Shown here: piece after piece, positions 1-11,824 of the stretch
How positions within the stretch are numbered: position 1 is the first letter of the stretch
How the letters are laid out: each line of letters begins with the position of its first letter
Assembly: GCF_006345805.1 (NCBI RefSeq)
Contig: NC_043014.1
Coordinates: forward strand, 12,524,001 to 12,588,000
Direction of reading: 5' to 3'
Origin: Octopus sinensis
Lineage: Eukaryota
DNA: 64,000 nt
Notes under the pieces: generated by a model
Seen by the model: only the letters and a program-made list of their open reading frames with translations
What the model was told of the DNA's origin: nothing
Databases searched by the model: none
Position numbers and translations under genes: made by a program

Positions 1-71
1 AGAATTAAGGGATTCTTTTGAAAACGAACCAAATGCACTAATAATTCGTCATGTTTTCTATTATATCTTAC

Positions 72-505
72 GTGGCCGTTGCCAAGCGCCGCCTCAACTG
101 GCTTCTGTGTCGGTGGCACATAAAAAAAGCACCATCCAAACGTGGCCGATGCCAGCGCTGCCTCGGCTGGCTTCTGTGCCGGTGGCACATAAATGGCACC
201 ATCCAAACGTGGCCGATGCCAGCGCCGCCTCGACTGGCTTCTGTGCCGGTGGCACATAAAAAGCACCATCTGAACGTGGCCGATGCCAGCTCCGCCTTGG
301 CTGGCTTCCGTGCAGGTGGCACGTAAAAAGCACCCACTACACTCGCGGAGTGGTTGGTGTTAGGAAGGGCATCCAGCTGTAGAAACACTGCCAGATCAGA
401 CTATGGCCTGGTGCAGCCCCTGGCTTCCCAGACCCCAGTCGAACCGTCCAACTCGTGCTAGCGGCGGAAAACAGACGTTAAAAGATTATGATGATGATGA
501 TGATA
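72..505 (+). mobile_element. 5'-truncated copy of the RTE LINE 3'UTR with ~4 tandem ~66-bp units and a (GAT)n tail
   Basis: Matches 44540-44852 (AAAAGCACCCACTACAC...GGAAGGGCATCCAGCTGTAGAAAC...GATGATG). Confidence 0.85.
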
Positions 506-1918
506 TAGACACGCAATGACACAGACATATACAACATATAATATGCGTGTGTGTATATGAGAGTGAGTAAGTTACAATAGTCCTCACCTCTCCTGAAATT
601 GAAACCAGTCTCACAGGGTTAACCTTCTCAACTTTTCCTGGAACTTTCAGCTTTTTTCCTGGAACTCACAGCTGAGTGGATTGGAGAAAGGTGAAATGAA
701 GTGTTTTTTTTGCCCAAGAACACACATTCCGCCTGTGTCAGGAATCAAAACCACAAATCTTTATATTCGTGGAGTGTTTATATATCCTAACCACTAGTAA
801 GAGCAGAATTAAAATCTACATCTCATTATAAGGTAGGTGTGAGAGGTGAATCCAGCCATTTTAATATGACAGTAGAATATTTGGAGTGTAATATGGCAGT
901 TTTTAACACGGAAGCATTAAAGACCAATGCTTTAAGACTATCATTGATTTAAAATTTTTACACCAATACACATATTATATACATACAGATATTTGTATAT
1001 CATCATCATCATCGTTTAACGTCTGCTTTCCATGCTAGCATGAGTTGGACGATTTGACTCTTTTATCTCTCTCTTTACTGAGCCAAACTTATTAGCTAAT
1101 CCCTTAATATTTTTGTTCATCCTCATTGATAATTACTCACAGGTGTGGATGTGTGGTTAAGAATCTTGCTTTCCAACCATGTGGTCTAAGGATCAATCCC
1201 ACTGTTTAGCACCTTGGGTGAAAGTTTTTTGTTATAGCCTTGGGCTGCAGAAAGTCTTGAGCAGATTTGGTAGACGGAAACTGAAAGAAGCCATCTGTAT
1301 GTGTGTGTGTGTGTGTGCCTACACTTGTCATGACAACATCTGATGGTTGTAAATAAGAATCACCATCATACAAACAATGTCATTTCATTTGTTGTGTCTG
1401 GCCATGGGGAAAAAAATTCTCTTGCTTGGAAACATTGGTGACAGCAAGAGCATCAGTCATAAAAAAATCTGCCTCAACAATTCATGACTGATCCATGCCA
1501 GCAAGGAAAAGTGGATGTTAAATAATGATGGTAGGATGATATTTAAAACACTGAGGTGATTATTTTTGATGTTGAAAATATTGGTAATAATCGGATCCAA
1601 CTCTTTTATGACTTAAATACGTGATCACAAACCATAATAAAATGAACTGCTCAACATGAAGGATTAGCTATGTTCATCTCCTAGATATGGCTAGGTTATT
1701 CAATCTTTTCTTTCTCAAAACTATAATCTTCTAGGTTACTTTTCCTTAATATTTCATGTCATCACTAACCTCTATTTCCCAAGTACTGTATTTTCTGGTC
1801 ATACAATTGAATTATCAGACCAAGATTTACAGTCAAATACAAAGTGGGTTACTATATATACCAAGACTATGGAAGACCAAAATTCCATGTGAAATGCAGC
1901 AAGATTCAGAAGGACAGT

Positions 1919-2262
1919 GACATCATCATCATCATCATCATTTAGCGTCCGCTTTCCATGCTAGCATGTGTTGGACGGTTCAACTGGGGTCTGGGAAGCC
2001 AGAAGGCTGCACCAAGCCCAGTCTGATCTGGCAATGTTTCTACAGCCTGGATGCCCTTCCTAACGCCAACCACTCCGTGAGTGTAGTGGGTGCTTTTTTA
2101 CGTGCCAGACGAGTCTGGCAAACGGCCACTATCGGATGGTGCTTTTTACGTGCTACTGGCACGGGGGCCAGGCGAGGCTGGCAACGGCCATGAACGGATG
2201 GTGCTTTTTACGTGCCACCAGCACGAGGCCAGTCGGGGCGGCGCTGGCAACGGCCACGTTCA
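1919..2262 (-). mobile_element. Truncated RTE LINE 3' end
   Basis: Reverse complement of the LINE 3'UTR with a (CAT)n tail. Confidence 0.85.
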
Positions 2263-2432
2263 AATACTGTCACTGTCTTTTCACATCCTGCTATGTAATA
2301 TGTTGACTTGCATGCTGGAAAATATGGGAAATATAGTAGGGACAACCTCCTTTTATGTAACTAGACAAAATCTCTTACTGCCTATGGATGAGGGGAAGAA
2401 AATTATTAGATGTAAAACTAAAATATACTTAC

Positions 2433-2507
2433 CAATAAAGAAAGTCGCACAGATTCATCTCTTAAATCATCATCATCATTATCCTGTCGTTCTTGGCTCT
2501 CAATAAT
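2433..2507 (-). CDS. CENPE: CENP-E coding exon 8 (IIESQERQDNDDDDLRDESVRLSLL). The switch II exon (DLAGSE) was not found in 1-2432, so the gene continues left of the window.
   Basis: tttgtAG acceptor, GTAAGT donor, 75 nt, phase 0/0. IIES..E motif follows switch I as in CENP-E. Confidence 0.9.
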
Positions 2508-2614
2508 CTACAAATATCAATCAGATTTCATGTATAGGCACAAAGCAAGTTCCTGTAGAAGATGGTATAATTGACTCATAGTCAAGTAAATAATACTGTA
2601 TATTACTGGTGACA

Positions 2615-3045
2615 ATCATCATCATCATCATCGTTTAATGTCCGCTTTCCATGCTAGCATGGGTTGGACGATTTGACTGAGGACTGGGGAACCAGATGGC
2701 TGCACCAGGCTCTAATCTGATCTGGCAGAGTTTCTACAGCTGGATGCCCTTCCTAACGCCAACCACTCCGAGAGTGTAGTGGGTGCTTTTATGTGCCAGA
2801 CAGGTGGTACTGGCAACAGCCATGCTCAAATGGTGTTTTTTATGTGCCACCTGCACAGGAGCCAGTCCAGCAGCACTGGCAACAACCTCACTCGAATGTG
2901 TTTTTTTTACATGCCACCAGCACAAGTGCCAGTAAGGCGACACTGGTAATAATCACGCTCAAATGGTGCTTTTTACATACCACTGGCACAGAAGCCAGTT
3001 AGCTGCTCTGGCAATGAACACACTCAGATGGTGCTCTTAGCACAA
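2615..3045 (-). mobile_element. Truncated RTE LINE 3' end with degenerate tandem units
   Basis: Same family, (CAT)n tail at 2615. Confidence 0.8.
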
Positions 3046-3213
3046 TATATATTATAAAGAAGTAAGGCAGTGAGTAGGCAGAATCATTAGCACACCAGAC
3101 ATTTCGTTTGTCCGTATGTTTCTAGTTTAAATTCTGCCAAGGTCTGTTTTGCCTTTCATTTTTTTGTGGATCAACAAAATAAGTACCAGTCGAACATTTG
3201 GATTAATATAATC

Positions 3214-3445
3214 TCTTTCTTTACTACCCACAAGGGGCTAAACACAGAGAGGACAAACAATGACAGACAAACAGATTAAGTCGATTACATCGACCCCAGT
3301 ACATAACTGGTACTTATTTAATCGACCCCGAAAGGATGAAAGGCAAAGTCGACCTCGGCGGAATTTGAACTCAGAACGTAGCGGCAGACGAAATACCGAT
3401 AAGCATTTCGCCCGGCGTGCTAACGATTCTGCCAGCTCGCCGCCT
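3214..3445 (-). mobile_element. SINE-B copy nested in an older SINE-B; 18-bp TSD ATTTGGATTAATATAATC (3196-3213 / 3451-3468)
   Basis: TSD is seen directly. Head GGCGGCGAGCTGGCAGAA on the minus strand; core GCCTTTCATCCTTTCGGGGTCGAT. Confidence 0.85.
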
Positions 3446-3720
3446 TTATTATTTGGATTAATATAATCGACTAGCTCCCATCCCTGGAGTTGCTGGTCTC
3501 ATGCCAAAATTTGAAAACAAACTATATTTTATAAAGCAGTTGGTGGTTTGAAACAGCAATATAAATTACCTCTAGAGCCCAAGAGAGTTATTGAAAGAGC
3601 TGGTGCTTCTAACCCATGGCATAAAGTTGATGTCAGGTGAATTCATTACAGTGTGAATGCCACTAAGGAAATGATGCAGAATGAATAATTAAAAAAAAAA
3701 AAACTGCTGATTTAACTTAC

Positions 3721-3788
3721 CATACAAAATATTGCATGTGATCTAGAGCTCTCTTCATTTCTGGCTGTTTCAGCCACACGTCTTCTTG
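3721..3788 (-). CDS. CENPE: CENP-E coding exon 7, switch I (SRRRVAETARNEESSRSHAIFCM)
   Basis: cttccAG acceptor, GTAAGT donor, 68 nt. Contains the NxxSSRSH switch I motif. Confidence 0.94.
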
Positions 3789-4854
3789 CTGGAAGAATGA
3801 AAAGAACAAGAAGATTTGAGATGTTAGCGGGGTTCCTATAACCCAGCAATATACGGGTCAGAAAGCTTGCAGTGATACATTTTAAATCCAGCTGAGAGCA
3901 ATGAAAGACAAAGTTAATCCTTCTAGACTTTTTTTTTTAAATATTAATACTAGGCACAGAAATGGCAGTAAGGTCAAAAACTTTGCTCTACAATCAGTTA
4001 GTTTAAGATCCAGTCCCATTCCATAGCACCTTGGGTGACCAATGCTTTGTCAGTGAGCTAGGTAGACAGAAACTGTGTGGAATCCCATCATATGTGCATG
4101 TGTACTTTTGTATTTGTTCTTACTACTGCTTGATAACCAACGTTGATTTGTTTACATCCTCTTAATTTAGCAGTTTGGCAAAATAATCCAATAGAATAAA
4201 TACCAGGCATGAAAATATGTACTGGAGTTGATTTGTCTGACTAAACCTTGGACAAATGCCTTTTACTGTAACCCTGGGCTAACCAAAGCCTTGTGAGTGA
4301 ATTTGGTAGATGGAAACTGAAAACCCACCTTTCCATAACTGCAAGGGTTAGACAGTATTTGTCGAGGTGGATATTCTATGGCCAGACACCCTTCGTGTTG
4401 CTAACCCTCATCTGTTTCCAAGCAATATTTCCCTTTGACCAGACATGTTTTCAGAGAAGATTGGGAACAAAGGATACCACATGCACAACATTTTGAAGCA
4501 AAGAGACAGTAGCACATGCATACATAAAAACATACATATATACAACAGGCTTTTTACAGTTTCTATCAACCAAATCCGCTCGGAAGGCTTTCATTGGCCC
4601 AGTGCTATAGTAGTTGGAACTGAACCAGAAACCATGTGTATGGAAACAAATTTTTGACCACTGCCACAACTGCTATAGAATAAAGATTGAAACAGATCAA
4701 AACCAGCCAATTCTTGCTGGTGTTGCTCTAAGACTACAAGCCTGTCTTGCCAGAGCAGAATTCTGATAAAAAATAATGCCAACCCTGATCTTCCCATCTT
4801 TTCCTTTATCAGGTATAAATTTTCTAGGAGTAAACCTTAACCCTGAACCATGTT

Positions 4855-5083
4855 TTAACCCTTTAGTTTTCACATTATTCTGCCAAAACTAATGCTTTTT
4901 TATCCACAATGTTTTGAACTAATCATGCATTATCTTGTAGCTATGAGATTTTGATGAGGTAGCTGTTAATTTTTAAGATGATATTGTAGGGTTGGTGTGA
5001 GAGACCAGATCTGGCCAGTTTGAACATAAAACAAGCAGAATACTTTTGGGCGGATATGGCCGGTTTAAATGCTAAAGGGTTAA
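4855..5083. mobile_element. TTAA-flanked MITE (piggyBac-type ends TTAACCCTTT...AAAGGGTTAA)
   Basis: Terminal inverted repeats and TTAA at both ends. Related copies at 7990-8218, 10160-10342, 13330-13511, 22383-22610, 22905-23133 and ~61670-61881. Confidence 0.75.
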
Positions 5084-5175
5084 AGAGAGATTTAACTACT
5101 ATTTCTAGAAGGTTAGACAAGACAGAGGTTCCTTTACTGGTTCAAAACCAGCACTAGGAATAGAAATATACTTAC

Positions 5176-5260
5176 AATCTCCTTTCTTCTTAATGGCTAA
5201 CATATCATCTATGTTTTGAAAGACCATTTCCTTCAGCCCACTCACATGAACCACTCGATT
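5176..5260 (-). CDS. CENPE: CENP-E coding exon 6 (NRVVHVSGLKEMVFQNIDDMLAIKKKGD)
   Basis: ttcccAG acceptor, GTAAGT donor, 85 nt, phases 0/1. Resembles kinesin V.V.GL.E..V......KG. Confidence 0.92.
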
Positions 5261-5341
5261 CTGGGAACAATGGAGAAAGAACAAATTAGCTTGCTCCAAG
5301 AAACTTTTCTTCATGGAAATATCATATTTGACAGCATAGAT

Positions 5342-5728
5342 GAAGGGAGGAGGAGGGGAAGAAGAAAAGGAAGGCAAAGAAGAAGAAAGCAAAGAGGGGG
5401 GGAGGAGGGGAGGAGGAGGAGGAAGAAGAGGAAGAAGAAAAAGTGGAAGAAAAGAAGAGGAAGAAGAAAAAGAAGAGAAGAAGAAAAGAAGAGAAGAAGA
5501 AGAAGAAGAAGAAAAAGAAGAGGAAGAAGAAAAAGGAGAAGAAAGAAAAAAGAAGAAGAAAAAAAGAGGAGGAAGAAGAAGAAAAAGAAGAGGAAGAAAA
5601 AGAGGAGGAAGAAGAAGAAAAAGAAGAGGAAGAAGAAGTGGAAGAAGATGAAGAAGAGGAAGAAGAAGAAGAAAAAGAAGAAGAAGAGGAAGGAGAAGAT
5701 GAAGAAGTGGAGGAGGAGGAAGAAGAAG
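5342..5728 (+). repeat. ~390-bp GAA/GGA polypurine low-complexity tract
   Basis: Almost pure purine on the plus strand. It generates the spurious poly-E/K/S ORFs. Confidence 0.95.
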
Positions 5729-6292
5729 CAGCAGCCAGTGCCACCACCACCATCATTTAATGTCTGTTTTCTTTGCTGGCATGGGTTAGATGGTTTGACA
5801 GGAGCTGGTTAGGCAGAAAACTGCACCAGGCTTCACTGTCTGTTTTGGTAGGGGTTTTACAACTGGATGCCCTTCCTTACACCAACCACCTTACAGAGTG
5901 GATTGAGGGCTTTTTATACGGCACCAGCACATTTTCCCCAACAAAAATTGTTACAGGCATGACCCTCCATGTCTCACACACAATCAGTGCCCCTAACCTC
6001 AAGATCCTTTGAATGAATCACATGCTGCACAGCCTAAAAGCATTTTGGCCTAGCATACTGCAGCCCATTTTGTGTTTGTGTGTGTGTGGCTCCTGCCAGA
6101 GAAGTACTCTTAACTTCCATATTAATCCTACCAGAATCAGAGGACCTACAAAGGACATAGATTACAGCATCATCTCCAAGACCAAACTGTTAAAAAATAT
6201 ATTTTAAAAATCATTAGGATACATTGACCCCAACAGATTACTGTCCGATCTAGAAGAAATTTTTTTTTTTATCCACTACCATAAAACTAGTA

Positions 6293-6600
6293 GAGGCACA
6301 TGGCCTAGTGGTTAGAGCAGCGGACTTGTGGTCGAAGGATCGCGAGTTCGAATCTCAGACCGGGTGATGTGTGTGTTTATGAGAGAAACACCTAAGCTCC
6401 ACGTGGCTCAGGTAGAAGGTAATGGCAAACTTCTGCTGACTCTTTCACCACAACTTTCTCTCACTCTTTCCTCCTGCATCTTGCAGCTCACCTGCAACGG
6501 ACCAGCATCCCGTCCAGGTGAGGAACCTATACATCAAGGAAACTGGGAAACTGGCCCTTATGAGCCAGGGATTGCTCCAGAAGGAACAAACAAACAAACC
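6293..6600 (+). mobile_element. tRNA-headed SINE-E variant
   Basis: A-box TGGCCTAGTGG, B-box GTTCGAATCTC; body shared in part with 7240-7621. Confidence 0.7.
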
Positions 6601-6745
6601 ATAAAACCAAAGCTAAGACCAGCTTCTAAAAGCCTGTAGCAGGGTTAGATGGAATTTTGAAAAAAAAATTACCACTCCAGTTACCATCAGCATATCACAA
6701 TGACAGAACAGAGATAAAAAGAAATCTTATTGCAATATTATTTAC

Positions 6746-6856
6746 CTCATCTTCCAATAGCTTCAGTGTCTTTTCTTCAACATCAAGCAAATCAGTGATT
6801 TTTTCATTATATATTTCCATGTATGAAACTCGCAGAAGAAACTGTCGATTTGGAGC
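6746..6856 (-). CDS. CENPE: CENP-E coding exon 5 (APNRQFLLRVSYMEIYNEKITDLLDVEEKTLKLLEDE)
   Basis: Polypyrimidine tract plus AG, GTAAAT donor, 111 nt. FLLRVSYMEIYNE.ITDLL matches the CENP-E/kinesin-7 motif. Confidence 0.95.
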
Positions 6857-7239
6857 CTTCAAATAAAAAAGAAAAGAAATGATAAAAAGAAGTCTTTCCC
6901 ATTCTCTTACAACTGCCTTACAATGTCAAGACAAGGAGAACACAAACATACATGTAAACACACACATACTTATGTATGATGAGTTTCTTTCAGTTTCCGG
7001 CTACCAAATCCAGTCACAAGATTTTGATCAGCCTGAGATTATAGTAGGATATACGTGCCCAAGATGCCACACAGCGGAACTGAACTTGAAATCATATTGT
7101 TGAGAAGCAAAGTCCTTAACCACAAATTTATCTCTATAAACATTAAGGATAAGAAAAGGATCACTTTATGGTCCACAGTCCCAACACTGTTAAACCAATA
7201 TAGTTTATAGTTTCCTGTACTAAATACTATATGGAACTG

Positions 7240-7621
7240 GAGGCGCAATGGCCCAGTGGTTAGGGCAGCGGACTCGCGGTCATAGGATCGCGGTTTCGAT
7301 TCCCAGACCGGGTGTTGTGAGTGTTTATTGAGCGAAAACACCTAAAGCTCCACGACGCTCCAGCAGGGGATGGTGGTGATCCCTGCTGTACTCTTTCACC
7401 ACAACTTTCTCTCACTCTTACTTCCTGTTTCTGTTGTACCTGTATTTCAAAGGGCCGGCCTTGTCACTCTCTGTATCACGCTGAATATCCCCGAGAACTA
7501 CATTAAGGGTACACGTGTCTGTGGAGTGCTCAGCCACTTACACGTTAATTTCACGAGCAGGCTGTTCCGTTGATTCGGATCAACCGGAACCCCTCGTCGT
7601 CGTGACCGACAGAGTGCTTCC
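7240..7621 (+). mobile_element. tRNA-headed SINE-E with 14-bp TSD ACTATATGGAACTG (7226-7239 / 7622-7635)
   Basis: A-box TGGCCCAGTGG, B-box-like TTTCGATTCC, perfect TSD. A minus-strand relative lies at ~46130-46445. Confidence 0.85.
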
Positions 7622-7989
7622 ACTATATGGAACTGAATATGCTGGAAAACAGTTTTTAATACAAAATAACAAATTTCTAAGAGGGAAAAGTCCAATTTAA
7701 TTAAGTGACCAAGATGTATGACTAGCCTTACATAATTAACCCTTTCCAGATCATATTGCTAATGAAATACACTACCAATTGTTTGTGAAATACAGGCATC
7801 TCCCACTTTTGGAAGAGGTCCATTCTTAAAGAATTTTGCAATAATCTGAAGTTCTGTAATGTGAAACTGCTTTCCCCCAAAGGCACCACACCTAACATAA
7901 TGCAAGAGACGATGACAATCATCAATTTGGAGGTGTTTATATTAAAATAACCAACTATTTCTTTGTTATGCTGGTGTTTGGAATATGAC

Positions 7990-8218
7990 TTAACCCTTTC
8001 ATTACTGTATTTATTTTGAGATGCTCTGTGTTTCTTAAAATTACTTTAAATGTAACAAAGAATTTAATAAAATAACTTAGTCATAATTCAGCTAGTGTCA
8101 CGATCATAAATTGTGACTAAGGTTTGGTGGAAGATTTTAATTCGATACTTAGGAAAACAAGACATTTGTACGACAAAGCCAGAGCCAGTTTTGGCTAGGT
8201 TGGTATCAAAAGGGTTAA
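7990..8218. mobile_element. TTAA-flanked MITE, second subfamily
   Basis: TTAACCCTTT...AAAGGGTTAA; similar to 22905-23133. Confidence 0.75.
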
Positions 8219-8971
8219 AGGGTCTTAAATAAACTTATGAAATCAGAAATTTCTCATCATCAAACATCTCAGGTAAGTTAGCAACTAAGGAATAATGCAG
8301 ATATTACAAACCACCGCAATTACCCCATGACATTCACTGCAACCATGTGTCCCCTATCACGTGACGAAGCTATTTCCAGATTTAGATAGGTCTTCACTCC
8401 ATATAAAATTTATCAGTAAGAATGTAGCAGAGAAAGCTTTGTAATTGTGACATCCTTTAGGACACTATCAAATGACATAATCAAACTATCTTTCAGCCAA
8501 ACTGTAAATTGGCTGAGCAGAAGCCAATTAGGCTATCTTGATTAGTTCTATAACTAGCCAATTAGTAACCACCTTCCTGAGCCTCTTTTGCAGTATTTAA
8601 GGGAAATATAGTTAAAAATAGAAATGTAAAGAGGAAAAAAAGGCTTTCGCTAGCAACTGGAGAATATTAACACTCTCATCGTGTCTCTCTGTTTAAGAGC
8701 ACATTATGATAACATTCAAACTGTTTGAGAGTTTTCCTACTTCTGTTAACTTGTTGAGAAAAATTTCTATAACCTTTGGAGACAAAGCCTACTAATGACT
8801 TTATACTTAAGACACAGCCATTTTCACAGGAGACAAAAATGCAGAAGTTATTTAATGTTCAGCTACAAAATATAACTGAATCTCAAAAAGGCAAAGGAAA
8901 TTATGTGTACTTTTGAAGAGATAGTTGATTTTTGTTCTTTGTAGCAAAACTAGTTATCTTTTAATAGTTAA

Positions 8972-9360
8972 TCTATATATATAAAGCTGAAGTTGTCTGT
9001 GTGTGGCAGGTTTGGTAGCCTTCAACTAACACTATCTCCTCCGAGACCCCACGGTGCAAGATGACCAAAATTGAGAGTATGATAGAAGAAGGTTTGCTCT
9101 TCATTCCGTATGAAATAAAATTCAAATCGGACCATGTTAACACCAAAAATTATTTACATCAAAAAGCTGCTCTTTTTCTATGAAAATCCCTATTTTTTAC
9201 GATTTTTGACAATTGTGTCGCCATTTTTCGGTGTATTTCAACCAAAAAAATGTTCACTTAAAGAGAATAACAAGCTACATAATGCAACATTTTTACTTCT
9301 CAAAAATTCCAATTCTAAAGGGTCGAAACAAACCCAAGCAATGCCGGGCGATACTGCTAA
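8972..9360 (+). mobile_element. Non-autonomous Helitron
   Basis: 5' TC after A, 3' hairpin CCC.AGCAATGCCGGG then CTAA before T. Near-copy at 30623-31004. Confidence 0.8.
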
Positions 9361-9380
9361 TAATTGTAATATTTAATGCA

Positions 9381-9599
9381 TACTCTCTTTTTACTCTTTT
9401 ACTTGTTTCAGTCATTTGACTGCGGCCATGCTGGAGCACCACCTTTAGTCAAGCAAATTGACCCTGGGACTTATTCTTTGTAAGCCCAGTACTTATTCTA
9501 TCGGTCTTTTTTGCCGAACCGCTAAGTGACAGGGACGTAAACACACCAGCATCGGTTGTCAAGCAATGCTAGGGGGACAAACACAGACACACAAACACG

Positions 9600-9643
<44 letters not shown>

Positions 9644-9808
9644 TACGACAGGCTTCTTTCAGTTTCCGTCTACCAAATCCACTCACAAGGCATTGGTCGG
9701 CCCGGGGCTATAGTAGAAGACACTTGTTCAAGATGCCACGCAGAGGGACTGAACCCGGAACCATGTGGTTGGTAAGCAAGCTACTTACCACACAGCCACT
9801 CCTGCGCC
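9381..9808 (-). mobile_element. SINE-A (tRNA-like head, internal TA/TG microsatellite, AGTAAA tail)
   Basis: Head GGCGCAGGAGTGGCTGTGTGGTAAG...GGTTCAGTCCC on the minus strand; more than 10 copies in the window. Confidence 0.88.
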
Positions 9809-9921
9809 TATATAAAACTATAATATAAACATAATAAAAGGAATAAAATGATATGGCTAACAATATCATTTCTTCATTGCTGTTTTTTTTCTTACCAAAG
9901 AAATGTCTCAAGTTTACTTAC

Positions 9922-10040
9922 ATTATCGATGGCATCAAACATGGACTGCATTGCCATTGGAATTATTCCTTTCTCTTCTTTTGACCCAGACATTGTGTAG
10001 GTTTTCCCTGAAGAAGTCTGGCCATAAGCAAAAATGGTTC
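9922..10040 (-). CDS. CENPE: CENP-E coding exon 4, P-loop ([40 protein letters not shown])
   Basis: tttttAG acceptor, GTAAGT donor, 119 nt. Contains the Walker A motif GQTSSGKT. Confidence 0.96.
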
Positions 10041-10418
10041 CTAAAAATGATTAAAAAGTAAACATTATTTGTGTATGGGCAGAGAGAGGGAAGAGGATAG
10101 CTACGATGAGAGGAAGAGAGATGTTTACATTGAATTGATTTAAACAATGGCTCTATAGTTTAACCCTTTAACATTCAAATTACTCTCTCAAATGTAATGC
10201 TTATTTATTCACACTGTAATCTACATTATCTTGTAGCTTCAAAGATTCCAATGACATGAAAGGTAGGTATGAGAGGCTGAATCTGGCCAGCTTGAACATA
10301 GAATAGGTATAAAATTTGGGCCAGTTTAAATGCTGAAGGGTTGATTATAATGCAATACAACAAACCACATACCAGGTCTTTATTCAGACAGGTGGCTATT
10401 TGCAACATTAATGAATGG

Positions 10419-10808
10419 CATAGGAGTGGCTGTGTTGTAAGTAGCTTGCTTACCAACCACATGGTCCAGGGTTCAGTCCCACTGCGTGGCACCCTGGGCT
10501 AATGTCTTCTACTATAGCCCTGGGCCGACCAAAGCCTTGTGAGTGGATTTGGTAGACGGAAACTGAAAGAAGCCCATCGTTTATATGTATATATATATGT
10601 ATATGTTTCTGTGTTTGTCCCCCTACCATCGCTTGACAACCGATGCTGCTGTTTACATCCCCGTAACTTGGCGGTTCGGCAAAAGAGACCGATAGAATAA
10701 GAAGTACTAGGCTTACAAAGAATAAGTCCTGGGGTCGATTTGCTTGACTAAAGGCGGTGCTCCAGCATGGCTACAGTCAAATGACTAAAACAAGTAACAG
10801 AGTAAAAT
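10419..10808 (+). mobile_element. SINE-A
   Basis: Same family, opposite orientation to 9381-9808. Confidence 0.88.
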
Positions 10809-11009
10809 AGAATGTTACGTTCACTATTTCCTACATTGCAGAGAATGAATTCTCATAAAAATGTACAGACTTATGCTTTATATAGTTTCATACACAGGGT
10901 TTGAGTCAAAACCTATGGCTAGAGTAGAAGGCACTCACCCAGTTGCTATGCAACTGAGAGACCAAAGAGAAAATCGTGATTGCAAAGGTGAGGAAGTGAT
11001 GGAAGAGCA

Positions 11010-11470
11010 CACCCCCTTCCTTCAGTCATGAATGACCATCAGATTGCACCTAGAAGGTTACCCTCAAAAAGCACCCACTACACTCGTGGAGTGGTTGGCG
11101 TTAGGAAGGGCATCCAGCCGTAGAAACTCTGCCAGATCAGACTGGAGCCTGGAGCAGCCCCTGGCTTCTCAGACCCCGGTCGAACCGTCCAACCCATGCT
11201 AGCGCGGAAAACGGACGTTAAACGATGATGATGATGAAGGTTGTTTAAGATCAGCCTGCCCTCTCCATGCCACAGATGTTATCCAAGGGAAAGGCAAAGT
11301 CCGATACAGCTTGGCACTAGTGCCGGTGCAGTTCATTTCTACAGCTGAACTGGAGCAACATGAGATAAAGTGTCTTAATCAATAACACAACACACAGCCT
11401 GGTCTGGGAATTGAAATCGCTACCTCATGATTGTGAGCCCGATGCTCTAACCACTGAGCCATACCTTCAC
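11010..11470 (-). mobile_element. tRNA-headed SINE-D interrupted by a LINE 3' fragment (~11085-11237, plus strand)
   Basis: Body matches 50141-50476 and 56902-57237. Confidence 0.7.
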
Positions 11471-11554
11471 ATATGATTACAAAGCAAACTTCTTAAGTGC
11501 ACAACCACAGCTATTCCCATACTGCAAGACCAAGACTGAAGATGTGGCACCCTC

Positions 11555-11761
11555 TCAACCACATGGTTCCGGGTTCATTCCTACTGTGGGGCACCTTGGG
11601 TAAGTGTCTTCTACTATAGCCTCAGGCTGACCAAAGCTTTGTGAGTGGATTTGGTAGACAGAAAGTGAAAGAAGCCTGTTGTATATATGTGTGTGTGTAT
11701 ATATACATACATATATATATATATATATATACATACATACATATACACACACATATATATA

Positions 11762-11824
<63 letters not shown>

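Noticed and set aside
51-388. Overlapping 80-106 aa ORFs in LINE 3'UTR repeats (also 2090, 17301, 39394, 44491)
   Set aside because: GC-rich tandem units lacking stops; copies of a non-coding repeat.
583-600. Possible 5-nt minus-strand microexon (tttcAG GAGAG GTGAGG)
   Set aside because: Does not supply the expected NFVDLAGSE switch II sequence and would break the frame; no support.
5216-5812. Long poly-K/R, poly-E and poly-S ORFs
   Set aside because: Artefacts of the GAA/GGA tract inside a CENPE intron; no splice or homology support.
9556-9828. Recurrent YIYI/HTHT ORFs ending CPRCHAVGLNPEPCGW or GTEPGTMWLVSKLL
   Set aside because: Translations of SINE-A and its microsatellite in many copies, not a protein family.
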